A DNA stretch of 56,499 bases, filler included, from Dugesia japonica (GCA_001938525.1; 4 parts of 4 records of this genome joined end to end with filler, not necessarily neighbours in it); one strand, 5' to 3'; shown: positions 1-13,676, counted from the first letter of the whole stretch. Translations and numbers: made by a program. Notes: generated by a model from the letters alone, not told the origin.

Positions 1-457
1 AAACAATTGCCCTATTGGTATTAATACGAATTAACTATTTAAAAAAGCACTAATTTTTTTCTGATATTAATTTTTATTAATTAATGGTTGAATTTTATAT
101 GATTTCAATATTTTAAATCATTGAACACCGTTTTCAAATATGATTTAATTTTAGGTTTAATTTTTTCTACGTTTGGAATTAGACTAACAAAATGTCTTAT
201 AGATTTAAAAATTTACTACGTTCTTATTAATTTTATGTAAATGTAAAATTAATATTGATTATCTTTTTATTTTCATTACTAATTAATATTTGGATAAAAT
301 AAATGACCTAAGCAATTATTATATTTTATAAAAGTTAAAATGAAAAGTTAGAAGAAAAATCTTTTAAATACTTTTAAAGCTCGTTTTCCATTTTTGAAAA
401 TTTAATTAGATAAGTTTCTTATTAATTTGTTTTAATATCTGTATTATTGACCTTTTC

Positions 458-944
458 ATGGCGACAATTGAAAATCTTTCTGAGGTAAATTCTTTTTAAT
501 AAGATTATATAATTATGTTTAAATATAAGTTAATTGAAGACGAAGAAGATTTGGAGCAATGTAATGATAAGAAAAGACGCACATTCAGCAAAGACTGTAA
601 TTTATTTTTAATTCAATATTTTAATTAAAATATTAGTAAAAACCATGTTATATGGATTTGGTGATGAAGAAAATTCTTGCCCGGAAACTATTCAGTTATT
701 AGAAGAATTAGTTGTTAACTACATTATTGATATGGTTGATTTTAAATTTTTTTTAAAATTTAATTTATTTTAGACCAAGCAAGCACTAGAAATAGGTAAA
801 GTGGGTAAAATAACTGTGGACGATATTTTGTATTTAGTTCAAAATGATCCCAAAAGGTACTCTAGAGTTAAGGAATTAATAACTTTGAATGAAGAACTAA
901 GGAAAGCCAAGAAAATTTTCGATTCTGTCGATATTGTTAAATAA
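458..944 (+). CDS. TAF13: TFIID subunit 13; 4 exons (458-484, 530-596, 637-734, 774-944), 120 aa
   Basis: Manual splicing with GT-AG introns of 45, 40 and 39 nt gives an open frame: MATIENLSELIEDEEDLEQCNDKKRRTFSKDLKTMLYGFGDEENSCPETIQLLEELVVNYIIDMTKQALEIGKVGKITVDDILYLVQNDPKRYSRVKELITLNEELRKAKKIFDSVDIVK*. It matches the TAF13 histone-fold motifs FSKxL-M-YGFGD and DPxKxxRVKxLLxxNEELxxAxKxFD. Confidence 0.96.
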
Positions 945-1409
945 TTTGTTGTACAACCTTATTCATTGATCTGAAATTTTATTATGGAATTTAATTTAAT
1001 AATTATTTTATACCGGTAAAGTTATATAAATTAATTGTGGCTTATTTTGTTATTGAATATTTAATCAATTAATGTTGTTACAGGGTTGTTTTTTTTTTAT
1101 TAAATTTTGTCATTTCTATAACCATTTCAATTTTTAACTATTTCTCTAGTAGGTATAGAAATATATCAAAATTATTTGGTTTATTATTATAGACAAATTT
1201 ATTTATTAGACAAAATGAAATTAATTAAATGAAACCATACTTACATATGCGCCTATATTAAATAAAATAAACATACTTCTATGGCAGACAACTACTGAAT
1301 TTGATAATATTATGAAACTCAGTAATATTATGTCTAATTTGTACGGTATGATCCCAATCATAAACTTCAAAGGAATCATAATCTGCTTCCGTAACTACCT
1401 TTGATTATC

Positions 1410-1930
1410 TATTTACAAGGTTGTCAGCACTTTTGAAACTTTTTTCCCCAATTTTTTTTTGTGAAAATAACAACCTTTTTTCTTTTACATCATTTAATTG
1501 GCTTTGTAGATGATCAGGATTTGATTTCCAGTCTGGTTGCTCTATATTAAAATTTATCGTATTGTTTTGAGATGCACTTAGTTTGTATAAAATTATCAGC
1601 CAGTTCCACCAAATTAGTAATCTATTTATTGTTTTGTAGAATTAGTATAGTTGGCAAAGCTTGTTAGAAGACAATTCGAAGCAATTGATAATTATTTGTG
1701 TAGATAACATATTTTAAGTTTTTTTTGCCACGGGGGGTAATTTTTTTTTATTTATTATTTTTTTGCCCGGGGGGATTTGATTATATTGGAATATCTGATG
1801 AAAGATTGGCGATTAAATGTAAAAACTTTCTTGCATCTCGAGTGATGTTGGAGATTTTAAAGACTCGTTCCTTTTGAACAAACCATATTGTTGCGTTGTC
1901 AAAATAAGCCGGAAATCTGAGTGACACATG
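1410..1930 (-). pseudogene. Decayed gag of a Mag-like Ty3/Gypsy element
   Basis: Minus strand reads VSLRFPAYFDNATIWFVQKERVFKISNITRDARKFLHLIANL (LPPFW..WF.Q.E..F....IT....KF type gag N-terminus). It continues with LLRIVF*QALP..LVELADNF and a frameshifted CYFHKK/LGKKVSKC*QPC knuckle. Confidence 0.7.
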
Positions 1931-3116
1931 ATTACATTCATATGAATAATTTTGTCACCTATATTATCACAATCCCCATTTTTCCCGATTCCAGCGAGAC
2001 TACGCCGTATCTCGTCTTAGTTTCAATTTCATTGAAATCCGGCTCCTTAATTATTGAGATTGTTATCATTATTTATTTATAATTTCTTTAATTACGACAA
2101 AACATGAAGCAAATTTTATTTCGATTATAACTGTTTATGAGTCGAAGTGAATCACGTCCTCATCTTTGATCGTCTCCTTTTCTGGTTTTGATATCTGTGT
2201 AAGTGCACGGACCGTTGATATGAGTACACTTTCTCTCTCGGCGTAAGCCTTGATAATATCCACCATAGCCCGAAATGTTTGCGACAAAGTCAATTTCAGA
2301 GTTCTTTTTTTTTGTAACCCGGCAATCTCATTTTGTAAAGCTAGCTGTAAGGTTGTCCATTTCTTGCGAATGTCGACAATTGATGTGTAAAAAAAACATC
2401 CACCTCTTTAAATTTTGGCATAGCTATTAAATTTAAGATAGAGCAGCCTATAAATTAATAATTATTTTATTCACAAATTCTCATTTCTTTTCATGCCTTT
2501 ATTAAATGAGTAATTTATTAAATAACTTCAAAACAATAGAATTATTGGAGCTAAAAACTATACGATTGTTTCAAGATGTTCTAAGGTCTCGTCAAAAGGT
2601 GCGAGAACTTGCTGCAGCGTTGTCTCGATCTTTAACGATTCTAAGAAACATAATACATCAATACATGCGTTATATTCATTTCATATTTATAAACTCATTT
2701 CGTATTCATATGATCATTGCATCTTCATATAATCATTTCAGGTTCATTCCTCCTTTATTGTTTACTAGTTACCCATCCTCCTCCCAATGACGATTGATCC
2801 ATTGTCCATCATATCATTAAGGACAGGATTATTATTTCATTACTATCAGTACGATCTATAATAAGAACAAATCAGTATTAATTCAATGTAATAATATTTT
2901 CATAAACATGTACATAAATTAATTAACATACACCGTTCGATAAAAAGTTACTAGACAAATCATATAGAAATTTAAAAAATTAGTTAATTTAATTTAAATT
3001 AATTTCACCACTGGATTTTTATAGATATTTTATCCATACTTCTCACTATTTTCCACAAATCTCTCTAGTTGATTTCAATAACATCTAATCGCATCTCTCA
3101 TCACTACCACCTCGTA

Positions 3117-3335
3117 ACAACTTTAATATCTTTCAACCTTAACATGTTATCTCATAATAACTTTAATATCTGTCAACTTTAACATCTTTCCTCTTGAACA
3201 TATCAACTTTAACATCTTTCAACTTTACCATAACATCTTTAGTATCTTTCAACTTTACTATAGCACTTTTAATATCCTTCAACTTTACCATCTCTAATTA
3301 TCCTTCATAATATCTCTACACTTTAACATCTTTCA
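3117..3335. repeat. Degenerate minisatellite, core AACTTTAACATCTTTC
   Basis: Repeated variants such as actttaatatctttca, actttaacatctttc and actttaccat. Confidence 0.7.
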
Positions 3336-3440
3336 TATGGACTTTCATCTACTTCGACATTTAATAATATTTCTCATATCAATATAATCATAAATGATGG
3401 GTAATCTAGTCTCTATCTCGGATTTCTGGACACTGATGTC

Positions 3441-4030
3441 CATCGTTGCCGGCGTTACCAGTCAACGATGAGCATCGTTCCAGTCTTCCGAATTATGTAA
3501 CTAAATATAAAAATTCAATAATTACTTTATATCTTTTCCAATAGTACTGATATCTTTTAACAATAAGATAATGAGACCTTTTTAAAGAAATTTTTCAAGA
3601 GATTGCGATTAATTGTCTAAAAGCATTTGCTTTTATACTAAATTTTATCGTCAAATTTGACAGCTCTAGTCGGCTGCTACTTGAAAATTATTTAGGATTC
3701 AATGAATCGAGCGGTGCTCACACGCCGATTTGTGTATGATGCCTTAATTTAGACATGTATAATTTTTCATCTCTTATATACTTGCTTAATAGTTTTGTGT
3801 GATGACCCGTGCTCAATCGGCATCATATGTTGTATTAGAAATTATTCAATGCTATTAGCGATGCCCACGCGTCACATTAAATTACATTTCTTGATATAAT
3901 GCACGTGCTCACCTGATACATCGATTGCTTCATTGTGCGGTGCTCACTCGTCACAGCTAATTTGAATAAATAATCATGTCACTACGTGCATCGGTTCCAA
4001 TATAATCTATGATTATTGGAACGGCACGAA
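3441..4030 (-). mobile_element. Possible LTR (minus strand) with downstream PBS-like motif
   Basis: The minus strand has TATAAAAGC near 3630-3638 and a ...TAGTTACA end at 3496. A TGGTAACGCCGGC PBS-like motif starts at 3460 inside a GATG..CATCGTTG / CAACGATG..CATC hairpin. It lies upstream of the minus-strand gag remnant. The right boundary is uncertain. Confidence 0.35.
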
Positions 4031-5224
4031 TGCATTTTTAAAATAATAATAATTTTCATTTTCCTGTTTGTAGCATATAAATAGGAATATTAACATCAAT
4101 AACTATAAATAATTTAATATTAATCTTAAATTATTATATAAATTTTTTTTATCTTTCCTCACATCTAAATTTCATTTTAAAATTCCACTTCTTTCTATAG
4201 AAATAATAATATTTAATAAAATGTTACTAACAAAACAAAAAATATGCACAAAAAACTATTGAACCAGAAACTTATGAAGAAATTTCTTATAAATTAAAAG
4301 AATATGATATAGAAATTACCCCAAATCTTTTAAAAACAAAATGTTTTTTTAAAAAAGTTTAATTTTTTTCACCAAAACAGTATTCAGCAGGAAAGTATTA
4401 TTTAAAAAACAAAATTGATATTTGTAACATTAATATGATAAATATAACTTTTAATTTATATATTAATAAATCTATTATATTCTTTCCCTACAAATACGGT
4501 GGGTTTTGATTTTAAAATTTCCAAGTTCATAAAGTTTTGGTTGTGAAAGTATCTGTAATAATTCCTGGGTTGATAGAGTTGTCGCCATGTTAGAAGACAA
4601 ATAAATCCTAGTAAAAATTATATTAATGACATAATTTTTCTGGTTTATATTGGTGAAATCTTGAATGATTTCATAATGGATGACCTACTCATTCATAATC
4701 ACATCATTCTAAACAAACATTAAATTTTATATTAAAATCCAAACATGCATATCAAAACCCATATGTTAAATAATTATTAACCCTTGTTTTCACATAAAAC
4801 TAATTTGTTAATATTATGTAATAAAATGGTAAATTTACTTTTAATTAATTTATTATCACAGAAAATATTAAATCACCTTCTTGTGCCCTATTTAATTGCC
4901 TACTTCTTCCAAAACGAGGATTTGACTTTTTATTATTTAAAAATACTTGTCTTTCTCCACATACTCCTGAAAATCAACATCTAATTTCTTTTTCTATTTT
5001 TAAAATTGTATCATAAGTTTCCTGATGGGAATATTTTAAATTTAATTATACTCTTGTGATATTTCTTTGTTGTTTAAGGGTATTGAAGAAATCTTATTTT
5101 GTTGGAACTTGATTTGTTTTTAATAATTCAATTACTTAATTTATATACATAATCATTAGAAAATGATAATTTCTTTGGTTCAAGATTAAAGATGTGGATA
5201 GTTAGTTAAAATGAAATATAAACT

Positions 5225-5983
5225 TCATCTGAATGCGAAATTAAATTTCTTTACTTTACTTGGATATTTTGCTAATAATTCTCTAAAAATAAGTAATTGT
5301 CATATCCAGATGTATTTTGAAAATAAAATGGAATAAATAAATTTTTTATTGTTTTTTCTTGCAAATTACAATTTTTATGAGTATAACTTCTAAATTCTAT
5401 ATTAAAATTATCATTATCTAATACTCGTTCTAATAGAATAATTTTAGGATTAGAAATGTTAAAAGGTTCAAGTTTTGTAGTTTTGTACAACAAATACATT
5501 TATTTTCCAATCATTTAATTTTTCAAATATTTTTACATTATCAATTGTAGCTGGAAATTTCATTCAACCACAAATGTGGTATATAAATTGAAATACGAAT
5601 TAGGCGATTAAAAACATATTTATGAACTAAAAATGATTAAAGAAAACAATTTTCATCATTATTTTCAATATTTGTAAATGGTAATTTATGATAGGACAAA
5701 CCGACTAAAGATTGATATATACTCAATACAATCTAGTTGGTAAATAGTGGCGCATTGCCCGCATTGATTTTTCATTAAAGCCCCCCCTGGCAAAAAAAAA
5801 TTAAAAAAAAAATTCATTTACTCCTTCAATTTCTTCTATTGTTGTGAATCTTTTATTTTCTAAATATCTCTAGAAATTTGGGGTTATAATCGATTTACTT
5901 ATCATCTGAATGTGAAATTAAATTTCTTTACTTTACTTGAAAATTTTGCTAATAATTCTCGAAAAATAAGTAATTGTCATATC
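5225..5983. repeat. 82-bp direct duplication (5225-5306 and 5902-5983)
   Basis: tcatctgaatg(c/t)gaaattaaatttctttactttacttg...aataagtaattgtcatatc occurs twice with few mismatches. Confidence 0.9.
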
Positions 5984-6289
5984 GTTTAATTGTCAAGCTC
6001 GTTAAATAATAAATTGTTTTCCAATTCTTTATAACTCTAAGAATTATAGTTTGATTTAGCGTGATTTTGATGTGAAAATTTCTTGTTACTTTCTTTTATA
6101 GGAATTTCTATGATTAAAAAAGTAATTGATTTGATATTAAAAACATGATTCCCATAAAAATGTTTTCTATATTGTTGAGAATTTTCATCAAAAATTTATT
6201 TTACACGAGGATATCTTTTTCTTTCTGGTTTTAAATTTAATTCTCCTAAATTTTTATTTAAAGCTCAACTAGTAGTTCCAATTTTTTGA

Positions 6290-6800
6290 GCAATATAAGA
6301 ATCTTCTGGGAAGTGGATATCTGTATGGCTTGGTTTTTGAATTCCAAATTCGGTAATCGCCGCATGATCGAAATGTTCCATTGAAGATGCCCATTACATA
6401 GTTGAATGATGCCTGGTTTAATCATTTATTCCTATTCCAATTTTATTTGCTTCATAATTCATGGAGCCAGTCTTCAAGCACTTTGATGAACTGGTGGGCC
6501 GTTGGTATCTACTTGCAGCACCGTTAGGAATTCAGAGTTTAAAATTTCATTACTGTGCTGTTGTTTGATTGGTGTTACACTTTATTAAAAAACTATATTG
6601 ACCATTAAAACTGTATGGGTTTGTTGTGAATCTCAGCGGTCGGTTTCATTGAGATCGGTTTCAGCGGTCTTTTCCCGAATTGAAACGGCAAGATGATGAG
6701 TATTTTCTTGTATTTCTGCCAAATTTTCTGTTGAAGTAGCATGTTTGACGATATCTTATCAATTTTTAGTCTTGGTATGGCTTCGATTGCGTTGATCTCA
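6290..6800 (-). pseudogene. Decayed Mag-like Ty3/Gypsy gag knuckle and RT N-terminus
   Basis: Minus strand gives TCYFNRKFGRNTRKYSSSC, then VDTNGPPVHQSA*RLAP..MIKPGII..GTFRSCGDYRIWNSKTKPYRYPLP (GPPV..RRL.P and CGDYR.LN..T.PDRYP motifs). Confidence 0.75.
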
Positions 6801-7361
6801 TTACGTATTCTACTAATTGTGATTTCATCGTGTTAATTTCCAAATTGCCTGGTGTCATTAGTTTCGACATTTTGATCGTCCATTTCGAAGTGATACTCTG
6901 ATAACGGTTCTAATTCATCAAAGCTTTTGTTTCTGTGCTGAACTAAATAATTTTGCATGTACTTTGGTCAGAATTCCAAGAACGTCAGAATCGAAATGTT
7001 GTAGTTTTCTGGATTTCTTTATGGTTCAATAATTTTGAAAAATTGTTTCGTTTCTGGCAGCTTTGTAAGAATCAGTACTGGGACTCATTAGATTATTCAT
7101 GGCTTTCATTGTTGACATTGTGGTTGTTAGTTGGATTTGGAACACTCGTCGTATTATCAATGTTAGGGAAGGCAGACATTGAAGTATGACAAGACACAAA
7201 TACAATAAGCAAGCATTAAAACATAACAGCATATATACACANNNNNNNNNNNNNNNNNNNNNNNNNNNNNNNNNNNNNNNNNNNNNNNNNNNNNNNNNNN
7301 NNNNNNNNNNNNNNNNNNNNNNNNAAGAAACTTAATTGATCATCAACCTTGAACTTAATTT

Positions 7362-7495
7362 TATTGTGATCAATTGTTTATTTTAAATTTATTTCATGTA
7401 TTTTGGATTGATTAATTCTATAATTGTGATCAATTGTTTATTTTAAATTTATTAACAATTTTGGATTGATTAATTTTATAATTNTGATCGATCGT
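7362..7495. repeat. ~60-bp tandem repeat, ~2.3 copies
   Basis: attgtgatcaattgtttattttaaatttatt...ttttggattgattaatt is repeated. Confidence 0.8.
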
Positions 7496-8044
7496 TTTTC
7501 AGGAATTAACAATTTTGGATTTTAATCAGGTTCGAAATATTTTGTTATTGTATGGAAAATATTTATAAAAATTTTTTTATCATGAAAAATAATGTAAATA
7601 TGTATGATAACTATAATAACCACTAGAATAAATAGTGTATTTTATTTCATATTTTAGGCCCGCTTTAGAATTCTTAAAGAAGTCTAATACCTAAGGTAAC
7701 AGACTCAGAGAACAAAATCTTAACTTGTACCTGTTAATAAATATTTTAAAAGTAAAACTTGTTTCATTTAATATAAGACGACTATATAGTCTATTTTTAA
7801 AAATATAATTCTATATATTAAACATATTAAGTTATAGGTTAACGAATATAATTAAATTTATAAGTGAAAAATTTGGATTTCGTTTCTCTAAAAAATATAA
7901 ATAATAGAGCTCACGTAAAAATCGTTGATTTGCCTTTGCGAAATCCCAAAGACATCTCAACATCAATATCAAAATCCGAATTCATAAGAAATACTTTATT
8001 AAAATCAAAACTATAACCAACATTATTCGTTTAACAAACAAAAT

Positions 8045-8470
8045 AAAATTCCGTGTTTTTAATTGGTGATCTTTTTTCTAAAATTAAAAATTGAAAGTTT
8101 TATTTATTAAGATTAATTTTTAAAAATTTGTGACAACATTTTAACTATAAAAGTTTTATTTATTAAAATTAATTGGATCCATTTATAAAATTTTTATTTA
8201 TTTTCTTAATTGTCCTTTAAAATTTTATTTATTAAAATAAATTCGATCCATTTAAAAACATTTCATTTATTTTCTTAATTGTCCTTTAAAATTTTACGAT
8301 AAAATTTTAACTACTTTAAAAGTTTATTTATTAAAAGATTAAACTTATATTCAATAATATTAATTTTTCCTTAATCCAAATATTTGTTTATTTATATTTT
8401 TCGTCCATAATTTAGATCTCTCTTTTAAAAAAAATTTTTAAAAATAAGATCACCAATCACACAAAAATTT
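8045..8470. mobile_element. Candidate MITE with imperfect TIRs and an internal ~70-bp duplication
   Basis: ATTGGTGATCTT at 8062-8073 has its inverse AAGATCACCAAT at 8446-8457, with flanking similarity. There is an internal direct repeat (ttattaaaa..aatt.gatccattta..tttattttcttaattgtcctttaaaatttta) at about 8155-8297. Confidence 0.5.
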
Positions 8471-9074
8471 CGACTTGCTTTTCAACACTGCTCACAGTGG
8501 TTTTGCGTAATATTGCAGCTTTCAATTTCTCATATGGATCCATTTCATGTGACAAGTCCACTATATTTGGTGGCAGACTGATAAGAAAGTGAAAGTATTT
8601 TGTCCTTTAATTTTGTATCTTTGATCGCTCAAAAGCTGCATCCACTTAGGCAAACCAATTTGCTAAAAAGTAATTTTGTCTTGGACGTGGTTTCCTTAGC
8701 TACTTCTGACACCATAATTGTTAGCTGTAAATTCTGATTTAGCCATAATAATAACTTTTTGAATTGGTAATGTTTATTTCAATAACAATATTTAAACAAA
8801 TCATTTTATTTGTTTATTAGTATTAAAATATTTATACTATACTATATTTTATTAATCGATCCTAACTGTGCATATTTTAGTTTTATTAATTAATTTTTTT
8901 GTAATTGACAACCACCTGTACATATTTTATTTCATAATTTCCTTTGAAAAAGCAGGTGTATTAAACATTTTGTTACTATTGAAATCAAAATTAACAATCA
9001 AAGCACTCATGCATGTCAAAATTCTATGAATGAATGATTTCAATTTACCGGATATTATAACTTCTTTATATAAA

Positions 9075-9959
9075 TTAGTCACTACATCTAACAAGAACAA
9101 AATCCTGTTCCAACAGCAGAACTGCCTTTAGAGGCAAGTTTTTCTGCATCAAATGTTTTTGTACTTCTATTACAAATTCGTCATGGAACCATTCTTTAAA
9201 AAGCACTCTTGTTTGACACGCATTTTTTGATGAACGGTAGTGCATGTTAGGTAAAGCCGCATTTTTGAAACAGCGTGGACTTTTAGAACGCCCAGTAATC
9301 ATTAACGGTAGTTTATGATGCCCAGTTGCATTGACACACCCCATTATGGTAATCAGTTCTTTGCTGATATTTCTACCTGGGACATTTCTTTCTTGATTTG
9401 TCACTAAAGTTTTTGAACTCAAATTTTTGAAAATTAATCCTGTTTCAGCTGCGTTGTATATTTGCTCAGGTCCTAATTGTCGAATATTAGTCTTAAAACG
9501 TTCAATAAATTCAGGTACAGCAGAATCATTAGCGGATAATTTTTCTCCACTTATTTTGAGAATCTGAATTGCATGCCATTTTTTAAATTTTTGAATCCAT
9601 TCCTGACTGGCTGAAAACGAAATATCAGAGTTCAAATCCCGATGGAATTCTAACGCTTTGATACTAAGCATATCATCGTTGATTATGTTAAGTTTGAGTC
9701 TCTCATTTAAAAACCACTGATAAAGGGTGTTTTCAATATCCGGAACTTTAACTGTAGAAATTCTCTTAATTCTGTTTGTAGACTGTATAGAGTTCTTTGC
9801 GAATTCTTGAATACTTTCTTTATTATTCTTGATCTTTGAAATTGTACTTTTGTTTACACCATATTGTGCTTAAATAATATTAGTTTTGGTACCATCGTTC
9901 ATTGCAGTCAAGATCTTACATTTGTCCTCAATTGTTAGTTTTTGTTTTCTTTTGCTCAT
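9075..9959 (-). pseudogene. Tigger/pogo (CENP-B/Jerky-like) transposase, one in-frame stop, 3' truncated
   Basis: ATG at 9959 begins MSKRKQKLTIEDKCKIL (HTH_psq), followed by LYQWF..R, FSASQEWIQKFKKWH, IYNAAETGL, ITIMGCVNATGHHKLPLMITGRSKSPRCF and KAVLLL (DDE_1). There is a TAA at codon 30, and similarity is lost before the second and third catalytic residues. Confidence 0.92.
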
Positions 9960-11050
9960 AATGGACCTAGCAAACGTTATTTTTGAATATCTTTGATTAA
10001 AGTGTTTAAAATTGAATTACAGAGTACTTACTATATATGTAGCTTCCTTAACAGTAAAAAACCTTAAGTATAATAAATTTAACGAAATCAAAATTTTTTT
10101 TAAAATTTAACAATTTAAACGTCTTCTGTTAGGATATAATATAATAAAAAAAACAAATATTTTCGAAGGTTCCTTTTCTTGAAGCAATTACGTCTGAACA
10201 AAAGTTCCTTCTTACGTTAGTTTATTTTTGTGACAAGTTTCTTTTTGCGAAGTTGCTTTATTTGAATCTTTACAACTAAAGGATGCATTATTTTTGCACC
10301 AATCTAAGATATATATATACATGACATTACTTGAATTTCTGTCCACTTGAACAATATTTTGTTCTTGTTAAATGTGGTGGCAAATTCATATAAAGAAGTT
10401 ATAATATTTGGTAAATTGAAATCATAGAATTTTGATATGTCATGAAATCGACTGAGTGCTTTCAGATTGTGAAGTGTTGTTATATCTGTTATGAACACAT
10501 TGTTTTCAGAAATTGGTTTAACATCAGTGCTTCATATTTCCAAACAAAGAAATTTTATATTTGATTGGGAGTATATAAATTTTCAATGGTTATTTCTTAG
10601 TTTTTTTATTATTGGCGTTTCTTAATCATTTTTCACATTTTTCCCAAGTTCCTTTTTTGATATGGAATAAAGGTATTGTCGATTATCGGCGCTCAATCAT
10701 CATTTTATCCATGTATCTTTGAAAGGTTTGAGATGCTATTTTTAAACCAAATACGATTTTTAGATATTCGTAAAACTATTTATCTAACTATCTATTTATT
10801 TCTATTTATGTTGTGAATTATGCATAAAGTAATTGTAAAGAAATTTGGATTAAGATTGGTGTATATTGAGTTTTGTTGAAATTACTATGGGTAGTGTGTC
10901 GATTTCTCACAAAAATATTTTTAATCTGAAATAATAAATCGATTTTGTGAAAGTATTATTAACTGTGGAAAATTAAATTAGCTAAACAAGGAAATTTTAT
11001 TTATTGTGTAAAGGTGTTTTGTTTTTTTTGGTTAAGGATATTTTGCATGC

Positions 11051-11086
11051 GAGTGAAATCAGTATAAATACTGACTGATTTCACTC
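11051..11086. promoter_or_regulatory. TATAAATA box enclosed in a perfect 13-bp inverted repeat, probably an LTR promoter
   Basis: GAGTGAAATCAGT-ataaatactg-ACTGATTTCACTC, followed about 20 nt later by an Inr-like TCAGTT. Confidence 0.45.
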
Positions 11087-12746
11087 AATTTTTAGTAACT
11101 TTTAATCAGTTAACATCCAACCTCTCTGGGCAGCATCGCTAACTTGATCTAAATTATTGCTAATAAGGTCTTAGGAATTTTGAATTGTATTCATATTTTT
11201 ATACATCAAAAATAAAATATTTTAAAGGGTATATCTTTCAGTTATTTATATAAGGCAAATAAAATATATCACCATATCTATATTTGGATAAAATATTATT
11301 TATATAATATCGTATAGACATACAAAGGGTAAACTCAACTCCCATATACTCGCGAACATATTATCTATCAATAGTTATAAAATAAACGAACCATAAAACA
11401 ACCATAAATACATAACATCTACGAGAATGTGAATTTATATTGTTCAATAATGAAAGTTGATTATAAGAATTAACATAAAAAACCAATTTAATAGATGATT
11501 TAGAATAGAATTACGACCAGAGATGTATAAGTTACTAACTGAAATAAGTAAAATCGGTCAAGATAAAAATGTTGTAAATAAGGAGGATAGACAAGGAAGC
11601 CGAAGCGTTCTTTACGTCAAATGATGTCATAGTTTGAAAAATTGAATTAAATACGGATTACATTGTAATAACATTAAAATAAACTGTAGGTGTGTAATTA
11701 AAATCAAGACAATTATTCAATTCTTGTAATATTATTTTACTGAGAAAATCATAAGACAAAAGTGATTTTAAAAATACTGGTTACCACGAAGACCCACATA
11801 GATCCGGGGTAAATGAACATTTTGCCAAATTTCTGCTGGCTTCAGGGTATCTACCTCTAGAGTAAAATAAAATAGATAAACTAATAACAAGTTATCAGGT
11901 GTATCGAGAAATAAAACATTGAAGCCCAACAGTATTTTTAATTACTTTTTAGTTTTCTTTATATTTATAACAAGACTTTGCACATTTAGATGTGTTTAAT
12001 AAATTATTTATTTAAAACATGACAGCTAATTTATGATCGATTGATATTTATTGAAATTCCTAATTTCTACATTATAAAACTTATTAAAATATGAGATATA
12101 TAATAACAGTAGAATTATTTATTTAGTTTAATTTAATTTTTTCCAATATTTATACAGTTTGCTATGACCAATCGGTTGATGAATGTTATTTCTTTTGTTT
12201 ATTTAACTTTTTCCTGAATTTTATGGAATCGTGCTCTTAGTGGACTGCCAGTAACAGATATTAGGCGAAATAAAAAATATTTTGGTTTAAAGTTGATAAG
12301 GAAAATTATATCTCTAATTTAAAGTAGTTTATTTGATGTCTTTATCAGCTTAACATTGAGATAATTTCTAAGCAATGATTATTTTTCTTTTCATAATTCC
12401 ATATTTACTCAGGACAGCGTTGATATATTTTTCAGCTCTTTCATAATTATTATATAATATCTATTTGGTTTTGGTAATTTTATTTATTTTGGTTATGCAG
12501 CAACTTGTTTATCAATTATTTTCTTGAATTCAATTTTAAGTTTATTTGCTACTATCTCCCATTTATTGTAAACTAATCTTCTTTCTTTTTAATTAATTTA
12601 TCATTTTCTTCATATAACTTTCATAATGTTGCTTAAGTGTTTTGTCTAAACATCTCAACACAGAACACAGGTTCTTATTCAAATAAATACACACAATGTA
12701 ATGAATAAATGCGTACTAAATTATCTATACCATGCAATTTCTAGAA

Positions 12747-13229
12747 GATTGGTGTCTAAAATGCGGCTCAACAGCATGTAAAATGCGGTCCAAACTTAAA
12801 GTATAAATTTATATTATTTGCACATTTTTGTTTGCAATAAGATTTACATATTATTGATTCGTTGACATTTGTTTTGAATTTAAATTTAAATCACTGACAA
12901 ACATCTTGAATATGCATTAGAATAGCAACTTCGTCTATTGAACCCGATATTGAATTACTTGTNNNNNNNNNNNNNNNNNNNNNNNNNNNNNNNNNNNNNN
13001 NNNCCCCATCTTTATGAAAACCAAATTAAATGAAACAAGACTTTTATTATCTTAAAACTTATATGTACGTATCTATGTATGCATTGCTCAAATTAAAGAA
13101 CTATATAAAAACCCTTTAATTTTAATTGAAATACACAAATGCTTTTTTTTCCTTATAAATTTTATATGCGACTAAGAATTTTTTTCTTTGCAATGTGGCC
13201 CACAAACAGTCAAAGTTTAGACACTCGTG
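12747..13229 (+). mobile_element. Non-autonomous hAT (Buster/Charlie-type) deletion derivative
   Basis: 8-bp TSD TTCTAGAA (12739-12746) / TTCTAGAG (13230-13237). Imperfect TIRs share GTGTCTAAA, and there are subterminal ATGCGG repeats. The interior keeps the transposase C-terminus ITDKHLE/CIRIATSSIEPDIELLV. Confidence 0.85.
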
Positions 13230-13676
13230 TTCTAGAGTAAAAAATTGTATAAAATGGTATAGTTTAAAAATGACAATTTGACTTTAAAACGTTTGAAAAG
13301 ATTAATGTCTTTTATGAATTTTAGTAACTTGTTTATGTTTTTAAAATACTTTCATTCTGTCTAATTGTAGGATAAATTAAATCGATTTTTCTATTGTGTA
13401 ATTTTACGTGTTTTACATTGAATTCAAACCATTAATAGAAAAACCTAATTATTTTATTTAAAATAAGTGAAGAATAATAAAAAATTAAACCAAAAACCAT
13501 AGCTGAATAATGAATTAATATAAATTATTTACAAGGTTTAACTGATTTTTGAAAAATTTGCAGTCACAATTCACTATAAATCTAAAAATTTTNNNNNNNN
13601 NNNNNNNNNNNNNNNNNNNNNNNNNNNNNNNNNNNNNNNNNNNNNNNNNNNNNNNNNNNATTATGTATATTTGAAA

